Origin: Candidatus Omnitrophota bacterium
Lineage (GTDB): Bacteria > Omnitrophota > Gorgyraeia > Zapsychrales > Zapsychraceae
DNA: 64,000 bases
Assembly (NCBI GenBank): GCA_003528115.1
Contig: DOGZ01000014.1
Coordinates: 66,466-130,465, forward strand
Direction of reading: 5' to 3'
The translations under genes were made by a program, and so were the position numbers. Below the pieces are notes generated by a model. That model worked only from the letters and a program-made list of their open reading frames with translations, was not told where the DNA came from and ran no database searches. This document shows, one piece after another, positions 48,712 to 56,891 of this stretch; position 1 is the first letter of the stretch, and each line of letters starts with the position of its first letter.

Positions 48712-49378
48712 CTCGGTTCAAGAAAAAATTCTCAAAAGTTTCGGCGACATTAAAGACAGTGACCAGTTTTATTTAACTGGAGGTACCGCCCTGTCTTATT
48801 TTTATTTAAAACATAGACAGAGCAATGATCTGGACTTTTTTACTTCTACAGAAGAAATTGTCGGCTCATTCAGCCATCAACTTGAGGATCATTTAAAAGC
48901 TAATGGATTTAAGTGTCAGCGGCAAAGGGGGCTCCATTCATTTGTAGAACTGATTGTGACATTGGATAATGAAACAACGCTAATTCATCTTGCCGTAGAT
49001 GCTGCTTTTCGCTTCGAACCAACGAAAGAATTTCCTGCTTTCCTTCATCTGAAGGTTGATAACTTAACTGATATTGCGTCAAATAAATTATTGGCACTAT
49101 TTGGAAGAGCCACTTTAAGGGATTTCATTGACGTTTATTTTCTGATTAAAAAAGAGGGATTTTCAAAAGAACAATTAATTGATACTGCCAAGAAAAAAGA
49201 CCCGGGATTTGATTTGTATTGGCTCGGCGTGGCTTTTGAACGGATTAATACCTTTGACTCAAAATCTACGGATATCTTTATGCTCGTTAAGCCTTTACCA
49301 ATCGAAGAATTAAAAACGTTTTTCAACCAATGGCGTAAAGAAATTGCCGGCGAATTAAAACCTTTTAAAGGACAATAG
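48695..49378 (+). CDS. AbiEii/AbiGii-family (DUF1814) nucleotidyltransferase, putative type IV TA/abortive-infection toxin
   Basis: Motifs LTGGTALSYFYL, HRQSNDLDFF and RDFIDVYFL match recalled DUF1814 family motifs; AT-rich relative to neighbours; the ORF is open from 48614 but the probable start is TTG at ~48695. Confidence 0.6.
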   Translation, partial: SLKIINSVQEKILKSFGDIKDSDQFYLTGGTALSYFYLKHRQSNDLDFFTSTEEIVGSFSHQLEDHLKANGFKCQRQRGLHSFVELIVTLDNETTLIHLAVDAAFRFEPTKEFPAFLHLKVDNLTDIASNKLLALFGRATLRDFIDVYFLIKKEGFSKEQLIDTAKKKDPGFDLYWLGVAFERINTFDSKSTDIFMLVKPLPIEELKTFFNQWRKEIAGELKPFKGQ

Positions 49379-49381
49379 GTC

Positions 49382-49515
49382 CCTAACTCCTAATTAGGAA
49401 TTTCTATTCTCCTCGAGAGCTCATCGATATCCATTTTGCACCCATTGGGTGAAAAAACTAGCTCGTCGAAATATCGAGGGAGCCATGATTCTCTAATTAG
49501 GAGTTGAGGATAGGT
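49382..49515. repeat. short inverted-repeat-bounded element (CTAACTCCTAATTAGGA ... TCTAATTAGGAGTTGAG)
   Basis: 15-17 bp imperfect inverted repeats around a perfect 10-bp palindrome CCTAATTAGG, spaced ~100 bp apart in non-coding DNA. Confidence 0.4.
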
Positions 49516-49614
49516 GTTCCCATAGCGGCAAATGAGGTTCAAGCAAAGGATGAGGCGAAGGACAACGCCTTGACGTTATGTCGTCAAGGTCGGCCACCGG
49601 CGTGAGGTGTGAGG

Positions 49615-49733
49615 TTGCAATTGTCGCCCGCGGGAGAGAATTGTAGTGTAAAAGGCGGCCCAGGATTTCTTTAAAAGAAGGCGTTGAGAAAACAGTCGCG
49701 TGGTTTAAAGAGGAAGTCAAACATCAGAAGCGT
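49615..49733 (+). repeat. direct repeat copy 2 (junction module plus fcl 3'-end duplicate)
   Basis: 49654-49733 is ~99% identical to 48299-48378; 49615-49658 is similar to 51367-51410. Confidence 0.85.
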
Positions 49734-50047
49734 CCTGGTGCTTATTAAAAAAGGCGGTGGCATAGCGTTTATCGACGTCCGCACAAGTAATAGAATGCAT
49801 CCCTTTGGCAAAAGGACGTCGTTATACTGACTACTAGCACATTCTATTTCTTTTACAGAAGTCAGTAATTTACTTTGCAAGAAAAGAAATAAGAAATTTT
49901 TTTCTTGAGCTGTCGTTATTATGAAAAATAAAGTCTACATTCAGACATGGGGCTGGGCGATGAACGCGTTATAGGATGAGAATGGAGAGGACAGCTAAAC
50001 CATAGTAAATAATAAGTTGTAACAGAAATCATCTTTCTCTTAAAATT

Positions 50048-51007
50048 ATGCACGACAAAAATCTTCATTTATGGCAACATGCGCACACCTTTGGACAGGA
50101 GCATAAACGCTCCGGGGAACGCCGTACGACTCTTGTTATTGTCATTACGGCTGCAATGATGGCGGTTGAGATTGTTACCGGCATCCTCTTCGGCTCTATG
50201 GCCTTACTTGCCGATGGTCTGCACATGGCCTCTCATACAATTGCCCTTTTAATCAACGTTTTTGCCTACATCTATGCCCGACGTCATTCCCATGATACGC
50301 GGTACAGTTTCGGTACGGGAAAGGTCAACGCTCTGGGAGGATTCACCGGAGCAGTCCTACTCGCCGTTTTTGCTCTTATGATGGCGTGGGGGAGTATGGA
50401 GCGCCTTATGCATCCTGTTTCTATTGCCTTTAATCAAGCTATCTTTGTGGCCATCATCGGATTGATTATTAATGGAGTTTCGGTCTTTATCCTTGGGCAC
50501 GAAGAAGATAATCATGACGCGCATGAACATTCCGACCATCACCACGATGACCGCCACGACCACAATTTAAAATCAGCCTATTTTCATGTTTTAGCCGATG
50601 CCCTGACATCCATTCTGGCGATTATCGCTCTCTTGACAGCAAAATACTTTGGCCTCATTTGGATGGATCCTCTGATGGGCATTGTCGGTGCCATTTTGGT
50701 ATGCCAATGGTCGTTGGGACTTTTACGAACAACGAGCTCCATCTTGCTTGATAGACAGGGATCGGACGAACTCAAAACAAAGATCAAGGAAAGCATTGAA
50801 AGTGTTGGTGATAGTCGGGTCGCTGACCTGCATCTCTGGGTGTTGGGTCCGAATATCTACGGTGTCATCATTTCGGTGGTTACTCATAATCCCGAATCGC
50901 CGGAGTACTATAAAAAATTACTTCCTCTTCATTTGGGCCTTGCGCACGTGACAGTTGAGGTTTATCCGTGTCCCAACAAGGAAGAAACCAAAGTGTCGAA
51001 TCGATGA
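50048..51007 (+). CDS. czcD: cation diffusion facilitator (CzcD/ZitB-type) divalent metal efflux transporter
   Basis: 6 TM helices, His-rich cytoplasmic loop HEEDNHDAHEHSDHHHDDRHDHN, C-terminal CDF domain. Confidence 0.85.
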   Translation: MHDKNLHLWQHAHTFGQEHKRSGERRTTLVIVITAAMMAVEIVTGILFGSMALLADGLHMASHTIALLINVFAYIYARRHSHDTRYSFGTGKVNALGGFTGAVLLAVFALMMAWGSMERLMHPVSIAFNQAIFVAIIGLIINGVSVFILGHEEDNHDAHEHSDHHHDDRHDHNLKSAYFHVLADALTSILAIIALLTAKYFGLIWMDPLMGIVGAILVCQWSLGLLRTTSSILLDRQGSDELKTKIKESIESVGDSRVADLHLWVLGPNIYGVIISVVTHNPESPEYYKKLLPLHLGLAHVTVEVYPCPNKEETKVSNR

Positions 51008-51015
51008 AGTAAAGA

Positions 51016-51222
51016 AACAAAAGACCGCGCGGTACGAAAACCGAGATTGTCGAAGCCGCTATCGCTTCCTTTAAAAAGGAATTCGCGATTTCCGATCTCG
51101 AAAAAGCCTGCCCGGGAGTAAGCCGGGACATGATCCGCATTGTGATGAACCGCTTAAGGAAAGAGGGGCGGTTAAAAATCCTGGGCCGTGGCCGCGATGC
51201 ACGGTGGGCAAAACTCAAATAG
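51016..51222 (+). pseudogene. gene remnant: C-terminal winged-helix-like fragment without a start codon
   Basis: Frame open from a TAA stop at ~51013 with no usable start; translation ...ISDLEKACPGVSRDMIRIVMNRLRKEGRLKILGRGRDARWAKLK resembles C-terminal wHTH tails (e.g. of Fic/AbiEi-type proteins). Confidence 0.35.
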
Positions 51223-51366
51223 ACAATAGCACATCTTAACGTGGTAATGAATGTGGTAATATCAAGGGGTGCCGGAGAAGACCGTTGCCTGCCCTGAGTG
51301 AACGAAGTATGTCGATGGGGTACAATCCTAATGAAGGAGGGTGTCCTGGGAATTCTGGGAATGAGT

Positions 51367-51469
51367 TTGCAATTGTCGCCCGCGGAAGAGAATTGCAGAG
51401 TAAAATGCGGCGAGGTTTCTGTAAAAGAAGGCGTTGAGAAAACAGTCGCGTGGTTTAAAGAGAAAGTCA
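51367..51469 (+). repeat. direct repeat copy 3 (junction module plus diverged fcl 3'-end remnant) upstream of the epimerase gene
   Basis: TTGCAATTGTCGCCCGCGG... shared with copy 2; TAAAAGAAGGCGTTGAGAAAACAGTCGCGTGGTTTAAAGAG shared with the fcl 3' end. Confidence 0.8.
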
Positions 51470-51487
51470 ACAGACAGGAGAGTGTTC

Positions 51488-52420
51488 ATGAAGATATTAG
51501 TCACCGGAGGCGCGGGTTATTTAGGCGCTGTTATCGTTCCTGTATTACTGAAAGAAGGCCACCAGGTCTCGGTGGTTGACAATTTTATGTATAATCAAAC
51601 CCCTTTGCTGGATTGCTGCCATCATCGCGACTTAACGATTATCCGGGGGGATGCCCGGGATAAATCCCTTATTGCCAGGGAATTAAAAACCGCCGATGCC
51701 ATTTTCCCGCTGGCCTGTTTGACCGGCGCGCCTTTGTGCGCGAAAGATCCCCAGGCCGCGGAATCCATCATCGTCGAGTCCATAAAGATGATTTTGAGCT
51801 TGCGGAGCCCGGCCCAGAAAATTATTTATCCAACGACGAACAGCGGTTACGGTGTCGGCGAGAAGGGGAAGCATTGTACCGAAAAGACTCCTTTAAGACC
51901 GGTCTCTGTTTACGGCCGGCTGAAGGTCAAGGCGGAAGAGGAACTATTAAATGCCAAAGGAGCGATAACCTTGCGTTTGGCGACGGCTTTTGGGGTGAGC
52001 CCCCGGATGCGGCTGGATCTTCTGGTCAACGACTTTACGTACCGGGCGGTGAATGACCGTTTTGTGGTGTTGTTTGAAGCCCATTTTAAACGGAACTATA
52101 TTCATGTGCGCGACGTGGCCAAGGCCTTTGTACATTCTTTGAATCGTTTTGACAAAATGAAGGACGAACCATATAATGTAGGCCTGAGTGACGCCAATTT
52201 AAGCAAGTTGGAACTCTGCGCGGAGATCAAGAAACACGTTTCTGAATTCTATTTTGTCGAATCGGCGATCGGTCAGGATCCTGATAAAAGAGATTACATC
52301 GTCAGCAATGAAAAAATTGAGGAAACAGGATTCAAACCCGATGTCTCTCTCTCGGAAGGTATAAGCGAGCTTGTCAAGGGATACCAAATTATCAAGAGAA
52401 ATCAATACACAAATGTCTAA
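51488..52420 (+). CDS. NAD-dependent nucleotide-sugar epimerase/dehydratase (SDR)
   Basis: MKILVTGGAGYLGAV Rossmann motif and catalytic YGRLK (YxxxK); start at ATG 51488 (the ORF upstream of it is out-of-context repeat sequence). Confidence 0.8.
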   Translation: MKILVTGGAGYLGAVIVPVLLKEGHQVSVVDNFMYNQTPLLDCCHHRDLTIIRGDARDKSLIARELKTADAIFPLACLTGAPLCAKDPQAAESIIVESIKMILSLRSPAQKIIYPTTNSGYGVGEKGKHCTEKTPLRPVSVYGRLKVKAEEELLNAKGAITLRLATAFGVSPRMRLDLLVNDFTYRAVNDRFVVLFEAHFKRNYIHVRDVAKAFVHSLNRFDKMKDEPYNVGLSDANLSKLELCAEIKKHVSEFYFVESAIGQDPDKRDYIVSNEKIEETGFKPDVSLSEGISELVKGYQIIKRNQYTNV

Positions 52421-52534
52421 GGTTGAACGCGTCGGCGAATTCACGGGTGTCGTGGGTGTCATCAATTCTTGGAATGCCCTTAACGCGCGGCTTGCTGAGC
52501 TCGAGTCTCCCATCAACTCTCTCTTTTTAAGTCC

Positions 52535-53995
52535 ATGGATATAGTCTTCATCAAAGCGAATAATCAAAAGAAAATCTATCAGGACCTCAGTAAAGATTTT
52601 ACGGGCATTGAACCTCCTTTATGGCTGGCCTTGACGGCCGCTTATATCAGAGAATACGGTTTCTCTGTGGCTGTGATTGACGCAGAGGCTGAAAATCTCG
52701 ATACCCAGGAAACGGTCGATCGGATCAAAGAATTCAATCCACGATTAGCCTCGGTGGTTGTCTCGGGGACGAACCCTTCCGCGTCCACTTTGAATATGCC
52801 CGGCGCGGGCGAAGTCCTAAGAGAGATGAAAAAGAAATGTCCGGGTATTCCAACGGTCATCTCCGGTCTTCATCCTTCAGCCTTGCCCGAGCGAACGGTG
52901 AAGGAAGAAACGGCCGATTTTGTTATGGAAGGGGAAGGGTTATCGACGCATTTAGAACTTCTTCAGGCCTTAAAATCAGGGAAGACGCTGGATGAAGAAT
53001 TTGCCCTGGACGGTCTTTGGTATAAAAGAGACGGCCGAATTATTTCCCATCCCAGGGCGGTCAATGTGAATGATTTGGGGATCCTGCCGATGCCGGCGTG
53101 GGATCTGCTGCCCATGGAGCAGTACCGGGCGCATAACTGGCATTGTTTTGGCCATGTCGATGAACGCCAGCCGTACGCCGTCATTTATACAAGTTTGGGG
53201 TGTCCGTTCAACTGCAGTTTTTGTTGCATCAATGTCACCTTCGGAGGATCAGGGATCCGGTATCGTCCTCCGGTCAAGGTCGTCGAAGAAATCGATTTTC
53301 TTGTGAAAAATTACGGCGTGAAGAATATCAAGGTCCTCGATGAACTGTTTGCCATGAAACAAACTCATGTGGAGGAATTATGTGATCGTCTGATTGCCCG
53401 CGGGTATGATCTGAATTTCTGGGTGTACGGCCGGATTGACACGGTCAAAGAATCCATGCTGGCCAAGATGAAGAAGGCGGGGATCAACTGGATTGCCTAC
53501 GGGATCGAGGCCGGCAGTAAAAGGGTGCGTGATGGAGTTTCCAAAGGGAGGTTCGATCAGGAACAGATTCGAAAGGTCGTTAAAATGACTCAGGCGGCCG
53601 GCATTTATGTCGTCGGTAATTTTATTTTCGGACTTCCTGAAGATGATCTTCAGACCATGCAGGAAACCTTGGATTTAGCCAAGGGATTAAATTGCGAGTA
53701 CGCCAACTTTTACTGTGCCATGGCGTATCCGGGTTCCAAGCTTTATGACGATGCCCTGGCGCAGGGGATCGCGCTTCCCCGGACATGGACCGGATACGCG
53801 CAATTTAGTGAAGAGACATTCCCCTTGGCGACGAAATATATCTCGGGCGCGGATGTCCTGCGGTTTCGCGATAAAGCCTTTGATGAATATTACGGCAGTC
53901 CGGTTTATTTAAATATGATTGAAGAAAAGTTCGGAGTGAGGACCGTTGAACATATCAAGGAAATGTGTTCCGTGAAGTTGAAAAGAAAATATTAG
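52535..53995 (+). CDS. B12-binding domain radical SAM enzyme
   Basis: N-terminal cobalamin-binding-like domain; radical SAM cluster motif CPFNCSFC (CxxxCxxC). Confidence 0.8.
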   Translation: MDIVFIKANNQKKIYQDLSKDFTGIEPPLWLALTAAYIREYGFSVAVIDAEAENLDTQETVDRIKEFNPRLASVVVSGTNPSASTLNMPGAGEVLREMKKKCPGIPTVISGLHPSALPERTVKEETADFVMEGEGLSTHLELLQALKSGKTLDEEFALDGLWYKRDGRIISHPRAVNVNDLGILPMPAWDLLPMEQYRAHNWHCFGHVDERQPYAVIYTSLGCPFNCSFCCINVTFGGSGIRYRPPVKVVEEIDFLVKNYGVKNIKVLDELFAMKQTHVEELCDRLIARGYDLNFWVYGRIDTVKESMLAKMKKAGINWIAYGIEAGSKRVRDGVSKGRFDQEQIRKVVKMTQAAGIYVVGNFIFGLPEDDLQTMQETLDLAKGLNCEYANFYCAMAYPGSKLYDDALAQGIALPRTWTGYAQFSEETFPLATKYISGADVLRFRDKAFDEYYGSPVYLNMIEEKFGVRTVEHIKEMCSVKLKRKY

Positions 53996-54029
53996 ACGGC
54001 GGGAAAGAGGGGAAAACGAGAGGGGATTT

Positions 54030-54767
54030 TTGAATTTAGAAAATGTTGATGCCGTTGTCCTCTGCGGGGGGCTTGGGAAAAGATTAAGAAGTGTTACCGG
54101 AGACAATCCAAAGGTTATGGCCGCGGTCGAGGGCAGGCCTTTTCTGGATGTCCTCATGGAGTATTTAGCGCGGCAGGGATTCAAACGGGTCATATTATGC
54201 ACCGGTTATCAAGCCGATCAGATTGAAGCGTATTACCGGCAAAACACCCACGGACTGCGTTTTGAGTTCTCCAGAGAAGAAGAACCTTTGGGGACGGGAG
54301 GGGCGGTAAGAAACGCCCGATGTTTGATTCAAAGTAGTCCTTTCGTTGTTTTAAATGGGGATTCATTTTGCGCGGTGAATTACCGCGCTCTGGGGGAGTT
54401 TCATCAATCCCGAAAAGCCCTGGCTTCTGTGGTTGTCTCGAAGGCCGAGGATCATAGGGATTACGGGGGCATTGTCCTTGATGAAACCGGCAGGATTGTC
54501 CGTTTCCTCGAGAAGAATAACCCGGTTCTGTCCGGCGGAAAGAAGACAGCGGACGAGGTCTCCTGCGTCAATGCCGGGATTTATTGTTTTAATGACGAAA
54601 TTTTTTCCTTCATGCCCAAAGCACGGACCTTTTCTTTGGAATATGATTTTTTCCCAGGTCTTGTACGACATCTTTTTTTTGGTTTTCTGGTGGAGGAGGC
54701 CTTCTTGGACATTGGCACGCCGGAAAGATATCAGCAGGCCTTGGCAAAAATGAAAAGACCGGTTTAA
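54030..54767 (+). CDS. sugar-1-phosphate nucleotidyltransferase (HddC / GDP-heptose-type)
   Basis: TTG start; nucleotide-binding motif VVLCGGLGKRLRSVTGDNPKVM typical of the NTP_transferase family. Confidence 0.75.
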   Translation: MNLENVDAVVLCGGLGKRLRSVTGDNPKVMAAVEGRPFLDVLMEYLARQGFKRVILCTGYQADQIEAYYRQNTHGLRFEFSREEEPLGTGGAVRNARCLIQSSPFVVLNGDSFCAVNYRALGEFHQSRKALASVVVSKAEDHRDYGGIVLDETGRIVRFLEKNNPVLSGGKKTADEVSCVNAGIYCFNDEIFSFMPKARTFSLEYDFFPGLVRHLFFGFLVEEAFLDIGTPERYQQALAKMKRPV

Positions 54768-54779
54768 AATAAATTAAAG

Positions 54780-54903
54780 TAGGATTTTCGCGTTTGGCGA
54801 TCTGCTTCGTTGCAACCTTCTGTGCTTGCTCAGCGTACACAACAGTACGCCTCGCTTCGCTCCTCGGTTGCGCCTCGCATTTCATCCAAACGTGAAAGTC
54901 CTA
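54780..54903 (+). repeat. MITE-like inverted-repeat element, copy B
   Basis: ~90% identical to 39240-39387 apart from a ~24-bp indel; same orientation; intergenic, immediately 5' of the GT2 gene. Confidence 0.75.
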
Positions 54904-54916
54904 TAAAAAAAAGGAA

Positions 54917-55714
54917 ATGGTTTTGCGTTCTCAGCAGGAGAAACAACGCGTGGAAGATATTATCGTCAGGAACAAGATGACGGCTTACAGTCTTTCGGTG
55001 GTGATTCCGGTTTATAATGAAGAAGACTGTATTGAAGAGACGCTGGCGAAGATTCAGGAGTTCTTGAACGTCCGTTTCCAGGATTATGAGATCCTTGTCG
55101 TGGATGACGGCAGTGATGACGGGACGTATTTAAAAGTCAAAGCCTTGGCCGAGAAAAACAAACGCATCCAATTGTTCAAGAACGATAGAAACAGCGGTAA
55201 GGGATTTAGCGTCAAAAGGGGCATGCTGGCGGCCACGTCGGACTTTGTTTTGTTCATGGACGCGGACTGCTCAACCCCGGTTGAAGAAATTATGAAATTT
55301 GTGCCGTATTTCTCCCAAGACATCGATATCCTGCTGGGTTCCAGAGTCTTGAAAGAGTCTAACGTCCTTAAGAGGCAAGGGGTTATCCGCAGGAGCTTGG
55401 GTCGGTTGTTTAATTGCCTTATTCAGATATTTTTATTCCAAGGCGTCCAGGATACGCAATGCGGGTTTAAGTGTTTTAAAAGACAGGCCGCCCAGAAATT
55501 ATTTAAACTCCAAACGATTCAGCGGTATTGTTTTGACGCCGAGATTCTTTTCTTGGCCAGAAAACGGAACTGTACCATTAAAGAAATTCCGATCACCTGG
55601 GTCAACAGAAAGAATTCAAGATTGGGAATTATAAAAGACGCCCCGAAAATGCTTTCCGATTTATTAAAGATCCGGTGGAATGATTGGAAGGGTATATATG
55701 CGGATTCCCGCTAA
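54917..55714 (+). CDS. family 2 glycosyltransferase (polyprenol-phosphate sugar transferase, DPM1/ArnC-like)
   Basis: SVVIPVYNEEDCI...VVDDGSDDGT GT2 signature with DAD motif (FMDADCS). Confidence 0.8.
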   Translation: MVLRSQQEKQRVEDIIVRNKMTAYSLSVVIPVYNEEDCIEETLAKIQEFLNVRFQDYEILVVDDGSDDGTYLKVKALAEKNKRIQLFKNDRNSGKGFSVKRGMLAATSDFVLFMDADCSTPVEEIMKFVPYFSQDIDILLGSRVLKESNVLKRQGVIRRSLGRLFNCLIQIFLFQGVQDTQCGFKCFKRQAAQKLFKLQTIQRYCFDAEILFLARKRNCTIKEIPITWVNRKNSRLGIIKDAPKMLSDLLKIRWNDWKGIYADSR

Positions 55715-55736
55715 TATGTCCATCAAGGGTGGAGAA

Positions 55737-56891
55737 ATGCGAAAGACATTTAAAGTTCCCTTCGGGACGGTTTCTATCACGCCGGAGGCGCGTCAGCTCA
55801 TTGACCGGATCCTTGAGTCCACGTGGGTGACCAAGGGGAAATATGTGCAAGAGTTCGAGAAGAAATTCGCGGAGCTTTTCGGCGTCAAGGAGGCCGTGGC
55901 GGTCAGCAGCGGCACGGATGCCGATGCCCTGGCCTGCGCGGTCCTTTATGACTTTGGGGCGCGGCGCGGGGATGAAATTATCGTCCCGGCCCTTTCTTTC
56001 GTCGCTACGGGCAATGCCGTCTTTCAGGCGGGATTTGTTCCTGTCTTTGTGGATGTCCAGAGGGAGACATTAAATATCAATCCGGCGAAGATCGAAGAAG
56101 TGATCACGCCCAAGACCCGGGCTATCATGCCGGTGCATTTGATGGGGAAGCCGGCCGCGATGGATCAGATCCAAGAGATCGCCCGGCGACACAAGCTTTT
56201 TGTGATTGAAGATGCCGCCGAGGCTCATGGCGCGCAATACCGGGGGGAAAAAATCGGGGCTATCGGAGATATGGCGGCCTTCAGCCTTTACGCGGCGCAT
56301 ATTGTGACAACGATTGAAGGCGGGATCATGACGACCAATAATCCCGCGATGGCGGAGGCCATGCGGTCGTTGCGCAATCATGGCATGGTGAACAAATTCA
56401 CTTTCCAGCGCATCGGCTTTTCCGCCAAGATGAATGAAATTGAGGCGGCGGTCGGTCTGGGGAATATCCAAATATTCTCGACCATCCTGGAGAAACGCCG
56501 AAGAAATTTGATTTATCTTATTGACAAATTCAGGAGATTCGAAGATTATTTTATAACCCTCAAAGAGGAGCCGTACGAAAAAATAGGGCCGCACGCCTTT
56601 TCGATCATTCTGCGGGAAAAGGTGGGCTTTACCAAGGACGAATTTGTTTCTTACATCGAAGCCAAGGGAATCGATTCGCGGAATCTCTTTTATTCCATGC
56701 CGACCCAAACGGCCAGTTACGCCTTTTTAGGCCATAAGCTCGGGGATTTTCCCGAGGCGGAGTATTGTTCAGATCAGGGGACACACATCGGCATCCATCA
56801 AGACATTTCTTCGGAAGACCTGGATTATATCGCGGAGGTCGTTCAGACGTTTCTCCAATCAAAAAGATTAAGGGTTCGCTCATGCACATAG
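55737..56891 (+). CDS. DegT/DnrJ/EryC1/StrS-family PLP-dependent sugar aminotransferase
   Basis: Family architecture; PLP-lysine region; ORF is open from 55680, overlapping the GT2 end. Confidence 0.8.
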   Translation: MRKTFKVPFGTVSITPEARQLIDRILESTWVTKGKYVQEFEKKFAELFGVKEAVAVSSGTDADALACAVLYDFGARRGDEIIVPALSFVATGNAVFQAGFVPVFVDVQRETLNINPAKIEEVITPKTRAIMPVHLMGKPAAMDQIQEIARRHKLFVIEDAAEAHGAQYRGEKIGAIGDMAAFSLYAAHIVTTIEGGIMTTNNPAMAEAMRSLRNHGMVNKFTFQRIGFSAKMNEIEAAVGLGNIQIFSTILEKRRRNLIYLIDKFRRFEDYFITLKEEPYEKIGPHAFSIILREKVGFTKDEFVSYIEAKGIDSRNLFYSMPTQTASYAFLGHKLGDFPEAEYCSDQGTHIGIHQDISSEDLDYIAEVVQTFLQSKRLRVRSCT

